In this document: positions 1-9,350 of the stretch, one piece after another
Layout of the letters: each line of letters starts with the position of its first letter
Numbering within the stretch: position 1 is the stretch's first letter
From: a virus
Taxonomy: Duplodnaviria > Caudoviricetes
Virus record (IMG/VR): IMGVR_UViG_3300010157_000085
Span: 1-52,677 of that record
DNA: 52,677 nucleotides
Strand: one strand, 5' to 3'
The notes under the pieces: model-generated
Seen by the model: only the letters and a program-made list of their open reading frames with translations
Database searches by the model: none
Told to the model about the DNA's origin: nothing
Made by a program: the position numbers and the translations under genes

Positions 1-592
1 GAAGTCTTTGCTGCAGAAAGATGACATTCATTCCAGTGTCACCCTGAGCAATCGTAGGCCGTACCTTTGCTGGAGGCTGGACGACTGGCTTTGGTGGGGT
101 AGCAGGGCTAGCAATAACCTGCTTGACGTCATAAACAATATTAAGACCAGGACACATTGGGTGGTTTCCACCATCTGTACCCAACAGGCCATGACTGGTT
201 ACACCGGCAGGACCATAACCGTCATTACGCCACTCCAGAGGAATCTTGTAGTGACCACTAATCCATTCGAGCAGTGGCTTCAGAGTCTTCTTCTGAGCAT
301 CCGTAAGGTGATCACCGCTCATGCCACAGTGTTCGATACTAATTGCCCGATCATTCCAGTTCATTTCAGCATAGGCAGTCTGATCAGTGTCTACGTACTG
401 GTGAACTGCTCCGTCCTTGCCAATGCTAAAGTGGGCGGAAACAATAGCGGCGGGGTTGTTGAACCAACCGTCTACACCGGCCTGGTTGTTGCCCTGAGTA
501 ACGTGGACCACAATGTACTTGGGTGTGATCTTTCTCGTGCTGAAATTGTTAGGGTGTGCACCCTTCCAGGTAGCGCCGGGGTAACGTGCCAT
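1..592 (-). CDS. Endolysin, N-acetylmuramoyl-L-alanine amidase (Amidase_2) with start of a C-terminal peptidoglycan-binding domain; runs off the window edge
   Basis: Not in ORF track (no stop in window). My translation from ATG 592: MARYPGATWKGAHPNNFSTRKITPKYIVVHVTQG...VSAHFSIGKDGAVHQYVD...AISIEH...SHG...HPMCPG, a Pro-rich linker, then TIAQGDTGMNVIFLQQRL. AAGGA SD upstream. Confidence 0.88.
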   Translation of the reverse strand, partial: MARYPGATWKGAHPNNFSTRKITPKYIVVHVTQGNNQAGVDGWFNNPAAIVSAHFSIGKDGAVHQYVDTDQTAYAEMNWNDRAISIEHCGMSGDHLTDAQKKTLKPLLEWISGHYKIPLEWRNDGYGPAGVTSHGLLGTDGGNHPMCPGLNIVYDVKQVIASPATPPKPVVQPPAKVRPTIAQGDTGMNVIFLQQRL

Positions 593-619
593 GATATCGT
601 CCTTGTCTTTCTGTACTAT

Positions 620-646
620 CTAGTATGAACTCAGCGAGGTTTTACA
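620..646 (-). promoter_or_regulatory. Putative late promoter TGTAAA-N16-ACTAG upstream of endolysin
   Basis: One of 7 equally spaced copies of this motif upstream of minus-strand genes. Confidence 0.55.
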
Positions 647-647
647 T

Positions 648-1172
648 TCAGGTCGGGACAGTATCGCCACCGGCTGGGTAATTTGGTTCAGCGTAATCTT
701 CTGGTACGGTTTGTTCTGTGTTGGTACGGTTGAGCATCTCAGTGATTAGTTCTACTGAGAAGTCACCGGATGGCAAGTCATACTCATTGGTAATATTACC
801 AACCGTGTCAACATTATTCTGCACTGTATAACCACCAACAGGAACTGCCAGGATGCTTATATTCTTTGTAGGGTTGGTAGTCTTGATCTTGAATGAGAAG
901 ATCAAGGTCTTACTAGCAAAATCGGTCAGCTTGAACAGCTCGTTAAGCTTGACAATAAGCTTTGATTTTGTCCTTACGCTATCTACCAGGATGAGCTCAT
1001 CGCTTGTAAAAGTCTGTAGGTGCTGTACTTTTATAAAGCTAGCAGAGTCAGGAACAGGAATGTTAAATCGTTGGCCACCCAGCTTGAATGAGCCCAGTGG
1101 TGTAAGCCCTATCTGTGGTGTGACTGGCCTGCCACCGGTCAGGTAGTCATTGGTTCTTCTGCTAGTGCTCAT
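648..1172 (-). CDS. Hypothetical protein
   Basis: 174-aa ORF, co-directional, fills the gap between fibre and lysin. Confidence 0.75.
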   Translation of the reverse strand: MSTSRRTNDYLTGGRPVTPQIGLTPLGSFKLGGQRFNIPVPDSASFIKVQHLQTFTSDELILVDSVRTKSKLIVKLNELFKLTDFASKTLIFSFKIKTTNPTKNISILAVPVGGYTVQNNVDTVGNITNEYDLPSGDFSVELITEMLNRTNTEQTVPEDYAEPNYPAGGDTVPT

Positions 1173-1193
1173 AATTTTCTACCAGCATGACCA

Positions 1194-3509
1194 TTAGTAA
1201 TTACCAGTTAGAGTCATATAAACTTGGGGAGACCAGTCTAGCACATTAAAACTAGTGTTAAATAATTGGCCTGATGGAGTCACTGCATAAGTGGGAAGTC
1301 CACTTGCTTGAGAGTCAACATAGATGCAGCAACCGTTTGCTGCAGGACCAGTAGTAGTACCAGGATCAAAATTAGGTACAAGAGGGTCAATCCCAGTAAG
1401 CGCAGCTACTCGTAGGTTTGTTGAAGTAGTTGAAGAGCCTATAAGGTACATTGCCATCCAATAGACTCCAGGGGTAGAGATTTCAATTGGGTCTGGACAA
1501 GTAACACTCTTATTAAGAGTGGTATTATTAGAGGTAGTACCAGCATCGTATATTAGGTTTCCAGGTAGTCCAAGCCAGTCATAGTATAGTCCAAATCCTG
1601 TAGAACCCGCCGTAGCTGCTGCATTGCTTACACAAGTAAACTTTGTTATAGTGCAAGGTTCTACAATTTTTACTGGTATAAGATATGTAGTCAGTCCTCT
1701 TGGTGCTAAATACTGTGGGCTAAAACTACTTACATTTGATGTGGTGCTCCAAGTACCCAAGGGAGTTACACCGGTTTGGCCTAGCACCAGGGATTTAGTT
1801 GTAGTGCTACCATGGTTTCTAGTCATTCTAAAGTTGGCCATTGGGTATGTAGATAGACCAGACTTTATATTACTAGAAGATGAAGATATGAAGCTTCTTA
1901 ATGGTACACTCATACGAGTGTATGATTTACGTATCTCTTCGGCTATATAGATACCACCTAGTTCACTGGGGTGTATACCATCATTGGATCTAGCGAATCC
2001 ATAACCGTAAAGTAGATCTTGTATGTTGGCTACGATTATTGGCTGTGGAAACTCGCTGACTACACCACTGATTGCAGTATTCCATGCTTGTATACTGGCA
2101 TAATCACTAGATGATATACTGGCAATATTGGCTATGATTACAGGGTTTGGGAATGAACTCTCTATTTGCCAAGAATCAAAGTCCATTTGATTACTTGTAC
2201 TAACTGTACAAGTGAGTGTGTGCGGCCCAGTATAAATATTAGTGCTAGTTAGTCCAGTAATTCTAGCAACTTGCCCTACTCGTGGAGTATTACCACTATA
2301 ATTTAACCCGTACCCGCTAGCTGTGAATTGGTTGGTGGCTACTCCGTTGATTGTAAACGAGTTATTAAGACTGTCTTGTATTGTTACCGTACCACCAACA
2401 TTCGTTCCACCACCAATGAAGTTGAGCGCTACGGGCCCCCCATCGTAGTCACTGGGGAGCGTAATAGAAAAGATGTTTCCGTTGGTAAATGACTTATAAC
2501 TAGTTCCCGTATTTATTTGAATTTGAGTGTTTCCACTTACGGTTATTCCATCACCAGTTGTTGTCTTTGATACTGTAGAAGCTCTAAAACGAGAGATTGT
2601 AGTGCGTAGAGCGTCAATAAAGGGTGGCAACCAAACAGTGCCTGCCCATGCAGAACTTAAAGCATTAGTATTTACTACAAGTCCAGGTTGACTAGTATTT
2701 AATATAGTAAAACTAGAAGTAGAGAGTATGGTGTCAATAGTGTAGGAACCATCATAGTTTCCTATTAGATTGTTGGGAGAGCTAAGTATAACTCTTTGCC
2801 CAGCTTGTAGTGATAGAGCTTTGGTAAGAGTAACAGTCCAGTATGCACCATTAGTTGTAATGCTAGAGATAGACCCGCTACCCATCATATCATTGATGCC
2901 CCACATACCAATACATAGACCATTATCGTTAGTGTATGGAGCGCGCGCTCTACTCGGAGTAAGCGCTCTAAGTATACTGACCCACCCGCCAATACCGTTG
3001 CTAACTGAATTAAAACTAAGGTCATACTGTAGTACAGTGCCAGCAACTCCAAGATAGTTGACATTACCAGAATCAAAACCTAGTGCACTTACAATATGGC
3101 TATATGTGGACTGATCAGTGTTGTAGTAACCACCATTGGTTGATGTAGTGGAGTCTTTGTAACCTGAAAAATTGTCAGTATATGAGTGCCCACCGATAGT
3201 AAGTTTTTGTATATTAACTTGACCGGGAAAATAACCAATACCAGTACTAGAAGACGGCATTGCAACTATTGATTCACCCTCATTCCCTACAGGCAGTCGT
3301 GCTTGAGTCGTAGAGAATGTGTATACATCACCCTTAGTAGTAAGCGGTGATATTGTTCCAGGTGTTCCACTAATGCCCTGGTAACCTTGAGGGCCTTGGT
3401 ATCCTTGTGGTCCTTGAGCACCCTGATAGCCTTGTACTCCTATGATTGCAGGTACCCATGCACCTGCACCACCACTTGCTGTAGCGTCCCAAACATTTGC
3501 TATTGGCAT
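1194..3509 (-). CDS. Tail fibre/spike-like protein with short collagen-like repeat and SGNH/GDSL hydrolase-like domain
   Basis: GxQ repeat; TTKGD..RLPVG fibre motif; SGNH blocks GGHSY, WGIND, DGIHP. Start placed at ATG 3509 (GGAG SD); ORF track start is 3521. Confidence 0.7.
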   Translation of the reverse strand: MPIANVWDATASGGAGAWVPAIIGVQGYQGAQGPQGYQGPQGYQGISGTPGTISPLTTKGDVYTFSTTQARLPVGNEGESIVAMPSSSTGIGYFPGQVNIQKLTIGGHSYTDNFSGYKDSTTSTNGGYYNTDQSTYSHIVSALGFDSGNVNYLGVAGTVLQYDLSFNSVSNGIGGWVSILRALTPSRARAPYTNDNGLCIGMWGINDMMGSGSISSITTNGAYWTVTLTKALSLQAGQRVILSSPNNLIGNYDGSYTIDTILSTSSFTILNTSQPGLVVNTNALSSAWAGTVWLPPFIDALRTTISRFRASTVSKTTTGDGITVSGNTQIQINTGTSYKSFTNGNIFSITLPSDYDGGPVALNFIGGGTNVGGTVTIQDSLNNSFTINGVATNQFTASGYGLNYSGNTPRVGQVARITGLTSTNIYTGPHTLTCTVSTSNQMDFDSWQIESSFPNPVIIANIASISSSDYASIQAWNTAISGVVSEFPQPIIVANIQDLLYGYGFARSNDGIHPSELGGIYIAEEIRKSYTRMSVPLRSFISSSSSNIKSGLSTYPMANFRMTRNHGSTTTKSLVLGQTGVTPLGTWSTTSNVSSFSPQYLAPRGLTTYLIPVKIVEPCTITKFTCVSNAAATAGSTGFGLYYDWLGLPGNLIYDAGTTSNNTTLNKSVTCPDPIEISTPGVYWMAMYLIGSSTTSTNLRVAALTGIDPLVPNFDPGTTTGPAANGCCIYVDSQASGLPTYAVTPSGQLFNTSFNVLDWSPQVYMTLTGNY

Positions 3510-3524
3510 TGGTTGCTCCATATA

Positions 3525-3551
3525 CTATTTTGACATTTTTTAAGTTTTATC
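3525..3551 (-). promoter_or_regulatory. Putative late promoter variant GATAAA-N16-AATAG
   Basis: Same spacing as the other copies but a weaker match. Confidence 0.35.
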
Positions 3552-3552
3552 A

Positions 3553-4818
3553 CTAGTTGATACCCACTGCACTTATTTGTATATTGTTAATCACCATATT
3601 ACCCGTAGTATTTTTGAGTATATCTAGATAGATCGTGACATTAGAGGTAGTACCAGGGTTGACAATCCAGCTGCCCGAAAATGCATATGTTTGACCACTG
3701 GGGACTACGGTAGTCAAGAATGGATTAGGCGGGAAGAATGGACCCCCACCTGTACTGCTAGTGGTCATTGTGTGAGTAATAATACTAGTAGTTGTAGGAG
3801 CAGTAGTGATATTAAAGTTCCAAGTAACTAGGTAGTTACTAAACCCACTTACTGCTATACTATTAACTATATTGGGTATTCCAAACCCACCAGAAGTACC
3901 ACCAGTTACTGTAACATTAGTCGGAACAGGAAGAGTGCCACTAAAGCCTAAGTTACTAATACCAGCTGATCCCTGTACACCCTGGTAGCCTTGAACACCA
4001 GATTGATATCCCTGATTACCCTGATTTCCTTGCGACCCCTGTGGGCCTATAAAGCTTTGAGTGGTAGCACTGGTGTTAACCCAAATAGATGAGGTGGGGA
4101 CCCCAGATGAAGTTGAAGAGTAGACAACTCCCTGATTACCTTGGGTACCTTGCCTACCCTGTGAGCCCTGAAAACCCTGGTAGCCCTGAGTTCCTTGGTA
4201 GCCCTGGTATCCTTGGAATCCCTGAGTTCCTTGGTAACCTTGGTAGCCTTGATACCCCTGGTTGCCCTGGTAGCCCTGGGAACCAATAACGCCTTGGTAA
4301 CCTTGAAAACCTTGGAAACCTTGGTTTCCCTGGTAGCCTTGTGACCCTTGAACACTTGATTGATAACCTTGTGAACCCTGGTAACCCTGACTGCCCTGAT
4401 AGCCAGATGGGATACCAAAGTAAAGCAGTGCATTACCCGGGCTACCAGAATTGTTTACGTAGGCTTGGGATCCTGGCGGTAGGGTAGCTGTACTGATTAC
4501 GGATAGACCACCTTGTGGGCCTTGGTTCCCTTGAGCACCGGCTGCAGTGCCTTGAGGGCCTTGGGCTCCTACCACGGCACTTACCCAAGTACCTATGGTT
4601 AGAGGTGTGCTAGTGGTTATACCTGCAGCATTTGCGACTATGAATGAATTGGGATTTACTACACTAGCAACCGTAGTGTTAACATTAGAATTATAGTTAA
4701 TAACTGACATGCCCTGGACTACAGCAACTGTACCAGGAAAAGTTATAGTAGTACCACTAACTGTTAGTGGAGTAGTGGGGCTACCGGTTGTTGGTTGGAA
4801 GTATTTGAGTTGTGTCAT
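3553..4818 (-). CDS. Collagen-like (Gly-X-Gln) tail fibre protein
   Basis: Long GYQ/GFQ/GSQ/GNQ runs; C-terminal domain paralogous to that of 4818..7520. Confidence 0.8.
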   Translation of the reverse strand: MTQLKYFQPTTGSPTTPLTVSGTTITFPGTVAVVQGMSVINYNSNVNTTVASVVNPNSFIVANAAGITTSTPLTIGTWVSAVVGAQGPQGTAAGAQGNQGPQGGLSVISTATLPPGSQAYVNNSGSPGNALLYFGIPSGYQGSQGYQGSQGYQSSVQGSQGYQGNQGFQGFQGYQGVIGSQGYQGNQGYQGYQGYQGTQGFQGYQGYQGTQGYQGFQGSQGRQGTQGNQGVVYSSTSSGVPTSSIWVNTSATTQSFIGPQGSQGNQGNQGYQSGVQGYQGVQGSAGISNLGFSGTLPVPTNVTVTGGTSGGFGIPNIVNSIAVSGFSNYLVTWNFNITTAPTTTSIITHTMTTSSTGGGPFFPPNPFLTTVVPSGQTYAFSGSWIVNPGTTSNVTIYLDILKNTTGNMVINNIQISAVGIN

Positions 4819-7520
4819 TAGTTCAAACCGACTGCGTTCATCTGTATATTATTAATTACAATATTGCCATTAGTATTTTTTAGAACATCTAAATATAGCG
4901 TTACGTTCCCAGTGGTGCCAGGAGAAACAATCCAGTTTCCAGAGAATCCGTAAGTCTGGCCGCTTGGGACGGTAACAGTTAGATATGGGTAAGGCGGGTA
5001 GTATGGGCCACCACCTGCGCTTGTACTGCACAGTGTATGTGTAATCAAACTAGCACTTGTAGGAGCAGTAGTAATACTAAAGTTCCAAGTAACTAGGTAT
5101 GTATTAAACCCAGTCACTGATATGTTATTTACTATGTTTGCGGGTGGCGAGATGCTATTGCCAGTTACAGTAACATTAGTAGCAACAGTGCCAGAAAAAA
5201 CGCTATTAGTAACTGGTAGCTGACCAAATGCTGCAGCATCTGTACTAGCTGTACCATTAGCAAGGCCAGTGATCTTGTTGGATCCCATGGCAATAGCTCC
5301 GGCCATGGTCCCACCGGCCAGTGGAAGCTTGGTAGTGTCTGTGGCTGCACCGGATGTAACTGCTGTTACTCGACCCTTTGTATCCGTAGTTATGATGGGA
5401 ACGTATGTAGAAGAACCATATGTACCTGCAGTACCAGCTGTGGTAAGAGTCGGATTAGGGTAAGTTCCCGTTAGATCTCCACTGGCAGTGTAACCACTAG
5501 TCAGCACAGCATTACCACTGACGCTCACTGTACCACTAAAAGTAGTATTACCTATCAGTGTACTAGTACCCGTGACCGTAAGGTTACCCTGGTTAGTAAG
5601 ACCGCTAACTGTTGTGGCTCCACTAACTGTGAGCGTTCCAGTTACTGTAGTATTACCTTGGGTAGATGTACCACTAATGGTTTCATTGCCCTGATTGATT
5701 ACACCACTAACAGTTGTAGTTCCAGCTACAGTTAGTGTACCACTAATGGTCTCATTGCCTCTATTAGTAACACCACTTACAGTAGTTGAGCCACTGACTG
5801 TTAGACCACTGGCCACTGTAAAGTTGCCACTTGCACTTACTACAGTTGCTGCTCCGGTAGGCCCAACAGTTACATCACCAGTCATTATTTGAGGACTAAT
5901 CATTGTAGCATAAATGTTGTTGTTGCTAATAGCAGTATAAGACATCGAAGTACCCGGAGCAAGTGTGTACGATGATGAACTACTGATAGCAGTTGTTCCA
6001 ACATAAAGAGTTGCACCAGTTGGTGGTGCAATGGTTATATTATATGCCGAAGCATTAGTGATAGAATGTGCAACACCAATATTATTGGCTGTAGAAGAGT
6101 TCATTGTTAGTGCTGAAGTAGAACTCCCAGTATATATTGCTTTATAGCCTAGTGAAAGTGTGGCTGTAGATGTTGTTATAATTTGGGTAGTTGTGAGATA
6201 TCCAGCAGCTGTAAAGTTTCCTGCTGCGATTGGTACTTCTACGTAGTAATTACTAGCACCATCAGTCCAAACAATTGCCGGTAACTGTGTTGGAATATAG
6301 TAGTTAGTACTGGTTACACCGTTTAACCTGGCTGGTGAAGTAGCAGATAATACTAGTGTACCACTGCTTGTATAGGTGGAGAGCCAAGGAGCTGCTGGTG
6401 GAGTTGCTGGTAAAGTAACTGTTGCTCCACTAGAAAAGTTTATCATCTTTCCATTGTCAGCAGATGAGGCTGTCCAAGTACCAGATGAAGAAGTAGCTAC
6501 AGTTCCAGCTATCTGTACGGCCCCCTGGTAACCTTGAAAGCCCTGGTAGCCTTGACTGCCTTGGAATCCTTGACTGCCTTGGAAACCTTGGTAGCCCTGA
6601 CTACCCTGAGCACCACTAATTCCTGTTAATCCTTGATAGCCTTGATAGCCCTGGTAGCCTTGACTGCCTTGATAGCCCTGTGGTCCTTGTGTTCCATAGC
6701 CGCTAGCGGTAGTATCTAGCCATAGTATACTAGTGTCAGTAGGAGAAACAGTACCCGATACTACTCCTTGAGTACCTTGAGCACCCAGTACTCCTTGATA
6801 TCCTTGATAGCCTTGGTATCCCTGATACCCCTGATATCCCTGCACACCTGATTGGAACCCTTGGGAGCCTTGGCTGCCTTGTGTACCTTGGAAGCCTTGG
6901 CTGCCCTGCATTCCCTGGTTGCCCTGGTTGCCTTGATTGCCTTGGAATCCTTGCGTGCCTTGGGTGCCTTGAAACCCCTGACTGCCTTGGGAACCCTGAT
7001 ATCCTTGTACACCCTGAGTTCCTTGTGGACCAGGTATTGGCACAAAGATAGCTGTCTTGTCTGTATACCAGGTATTATTAGTAGCAGTGAAAGCAGCGGC
7101 GCCGGGCACATAGATCTCACCGATCAGCATTGCCCCTGATGGCACAGCTGGCTTGACAGGAGGATCAGTGACGCTACCGTTATTCCATCCAGCCAGAGTA
7201 ATGGCTGTACCCTGGACTACTGATACTGTTGTGCCACTGGCAACTACAATATCGCGTCGGTCTCCGGTGCTAGCAGCAACTGTTTGAAAGCCTGCTGCTG
7301 ATACATTGGTGTATGTTCCACTGATGGAATATGTTCCTGATGTTATATTGCCACTGATAACCGTACTACTGGGGTTGGTCAGGTTGCCGGATAGCTGGAA
7401 GCCGCTGATAACACCTGTAGCCTGACCCAGCAGGTACAGAGAATTAAGGTCAGTGTTATCCAGTACAGCCTGAGCTGGCCAGGTGGGATTATTCTGTGAT
7501 TCAGGGATTATCAGAGCCAT
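4818..7520 (-). CDS. Long collagen-like tail fibre protein
   Basis: 900 aa; two GxQ blocks, TVSG/GNETISGT repeats, GDLTGTYPNPTL and LPLAGGTM..I.MG.NKITGLA fibre motifs. Confidence 0.82.
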   Translation of the reverse strand: MALIIPESQNNPTWPAQAVLDNTDLNSLYLLGQATGVISGFQLSGNLTNPSSTVISGNITSGTYSISGTYTNVSAAGFQTVAASTGDRRDIVVASGTTVSVVQGTAITLAGWNNGSVTDPPVKPAVPSGAMLIGEIYVPGAAAFTATNNTWYTDKTAIFVPIPGPQGTQGVQGYQGSQGSQGFQGTQGTQGFQGNQGNQGNQGMQGSQGFQGTQGSQGSQGFQSGVQGYQGYQGYQGYQGYQGVLGAQGTQGVVSGTVSPTDTSILWLDTTASGYGTQGPQGYQGSQGYQGYQGYQGLTGISGAQGSQGYQGFQGSQGFQGSQGYQGFQGYQGAVQIAGTVATSSSGTWTASSADNGKMINFSSGATVTLPATPPAAPWLSTYTSSGTLVLSATSPARLNGVTSTNYYIPTQLPAIVWTDGASNYYVEVPIAAGNFTAAGYLTTTQIITTSTATLSLGYKAIYTGSSTSALTMNSSTANNIGVAHSITNASAYNITIAPPTGATLYVGTTAISSSSSYTLAPGTSMSYTAISNNNIYATMISPQIMTGDVTVGPTGAATVVSASGNFTVASGLTVSGSTTVSGVTNRGNETISGTLTVAGTTTVSGVINQGNETISGTSTQGNTTVTGTLTVSGATTVSGLTNQGNLTVTGTSTLIGNTTFSGTVSVSGNAVLTSGYTASGDLTGTYPNPTLTTAGTAGTYGSSTYVPIITTDTKGRVTAVTSGAATDTTKLPLAGGTMAGAIAMGSNKITGLANGTASTDAAAFGQLPVTNSVFSGTVATNVTVTGNSISPPANIVNNISVTGFNTYLVTWNFSITTAPTSASLITHTLCSTSAGGGPYYPPYPYLTVTVPSGQTYGFSGNWIVSPGTTGNVTLYLDVLKNTNGNIVINNIQMNAVGLN

Positions 7521-7522
7521 AC

Positions 7523-8251
7523 CTATGGTCCAGTAATCTGCTCGGTTACTGTTATCTGGTCACCAATCGAGCTCAGGTTAGCACTAGTACTAAAAGGTGT
7601 AGCAAACATAAGCCCGGTATAACCGGTGCCGGATGCTGTGCCACGAGTATTGAAGATGCCAACACCATTGATAGTCGCTGGTATAGTATCGGATGCACCG
7701 ACTGTGAACACGCTTGTAAGCGTTACAACAGTGCTACCACTGGTCGCTGTAGTGGTTGGAGCAGCACTGATTGCAACCACACTAGGCCTGCGCTTCAATC
7801 CACTGGTTGTGATCTCACCGGGTAAGTTGGTAGTGCTGTTAGTCACAGCATTCATGTTGCCACTACCCAGTGCCATGTACCAGCTTGGAGTTGTGCCGGT
7901 GAACAACATATAGTTGCTAGTTGCTCCAGGTGTGCTGCCGGGAGTACTACCATCTGTGCCAGGCGTGTACCACTGGTCAATCGCTAGTAGACAAGAAGTA
8001 CCAATAGCAGTTGGATTGTTAACAACATTTGCATAAACAACTGCACCGGTTCCAGATGTTACTACCATCAGTGTATAACCCTGTAGAGCTCCACTGGTAA
8101 CAACAATATTATTAATAGTATAGCTATTAGATGTTGTAGTGCTACCAGCACCAGCCCATGAAATTGGAGTGCCACCAGATACAGTTGTACTCCAGCTGCC
8201 AGCACCGAATAGCCCACGTGCCCACATCAAACGACCTTGATTAACAATCAT
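7523..8251 (-). CDS. Putative virion structural (tail-associated) protein
   Basis: Thr/Ser/Gly-rich beta protein, YMALGSG..EI..GL.R and GVGIFN motifs; structural context. Confidence 0.6.
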   Translation of the reverse strand: MIVNQGRLMWARGLFGAGSWSTTVSGGTPISWAGAGSTTTSNSYTINNIVVTSGALQGYTLMVVTSGTGAVVYANVVNNPTAIGTSCLLAIDQWYTPGTDGSTPGSTPGATSNYMLFTGTTPSWYMALGSGNMNAVTNSTTNLPGEITTSGLKRRPSVVAISAAPTTTATSGSTVVTLTSVFTVGASDTIPATINGVGIFNTRGTASGTGYTGLMFATPFSTSANLSSIGDQITVTEQITGP

Positions 8252-8619
8252 TGTTGCCCCTCAAAGACTGGACCACTGTCTAGTGTGTAGTGAGTCTGTT
8301 CGTAATCAAGTGGACGACCACCTACACCATAGAAATCCTGCAACTGCTTTTGCAAGATAGCATTGTCGCTCCATACCCAGGTAGGAGTACCATATCCATG
8401 AGTATCCCAAGCACCGCTACCATGGATAATAGCGATAAACGCTTCATGCCCAGGTAGCTGAGTAATATCAGGGTTCCTAGCAAACTCTAGGGCGATGTCG
8501 CGAGCATCTTCAGCTGTAACTGTATAGCTATCAGGGACTGTTATGTAAGTTACTGTTGCTGCAGAGTCGTTAGGGATAGCGGCGAATTTTGGGTACTGGT
8601 TTCCTAGTTGTACCTGCAT
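8248..8619 (-). CDS. Hypothetical protein
   Basis: 123-aa ORF; ATGA overlap with downstream gene. Confidence 0.7.
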   Translation of the reverse strand: MQVQLGNQYPKFAAIPNDSAATVTYITVPDSYTVTAEDARDIALEFARNPDITQLPGHEAFIAIIHGSGAWDTHGYGTPTWVWSDNAILQKQLQDFYGVGGRPLDYEQTHYTLDSGPVFEGQQ

Positions 8620-8627
8620 CTTCCACC

Positions 8628-9251
8628 TTAAATAAACTCAATACTGGCACTGATAACCATGGTATCACCAGGGTTAAGCACTACCCCATCTGTAAAACTC
8701 GACTTAAGAAACAATTTGCCATTAGCAGTATTGTTCCCACCTACTACGCGAGTTCCAGCGGGTATTACATTGGTGCTCACTGGGCTATCATTGCTGGCAC
8801 GCTGTACGGTCCAGGTGTTACCAGTACCTGTTACAACAGTGATAACTTCGCTAAATGCTTGTACAAAGAATGGATATGAACTAGGAAAGCTACTAGCGTC
8901 TGTTACCACCAGAGTTGTAGCGCCAGGGTTCAGCTGAGACGCCAGCATTGTATCCGCAGAACTGGCTTGGCCATTAAACAGACCAATGTTAGTTATAACC
9001 TGTGGCCCATTGCTTGTAAGAGCAGCAGTTAGCACCAGTGTATCGTTAGTTGTTAGAGTGCTTGCAAACGTTCCGGATACTGCAACGCGGTTACCAGCGG
9101 GGCTACTAATTGTTACGTCTGTTCCTAGTGCTGGTGATATGCCAGTTCCCCACTGCATGTAACGTGGTTGAGCTGCTGTGTATCCACTTCCAACTATAAC
9201 TGCAGCCAGATTATTTCTCACCTGGCTGGTCAAGGCTGTTGTTATCATCAT
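8628..9251 (-). CDS. Putative virion structural protein
   Basis: YMQWGTG / ITNIGLFN motifs similar in style to 7523..8251; start at ATG 9251 with AAGGA SD. Confidence 0.6.
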   Translation of the reverse strand: MMITTALTSQVRNNLAAVIVGSGYTAAQPRYMQWGTGISPALGTDVTISSPAGNRVAVSGTFASTLTTNDTLVLTAALTSNGPQVITNIGLFNGQASSADTMLASQLNPGATTLVVTDASSFPSSYPFFVQAFSEVITVVTGTGNTWTVQRASNDSPVSTNVIPAGTRVVGGNNTANGKLFLKSSFTDGVVLNPGDTMVISASIEFI

Positions 9252-9350
9252 CTTCCTTTGATAAAGTAACGGCACCCAGGATTTCCCGAGTACCGTCACT
9301 TCTTATTATTTCAATTGATACGACGCTTACGTTCGCAACTATGTCATTCA

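Noticed and set aside
8-628. 206-aa plus-strand ORF
   Set aside because: Antisense shadow of the minus-strand amidase endolysin, which has clear catalytic motifs and an SD.
3553-5200. Possible DGR template/variable repeat pair in the fibre C-termini
   Set aside because: Both copies are coding, contain indels and differ at all base types; no reverse transcriptase in the window.
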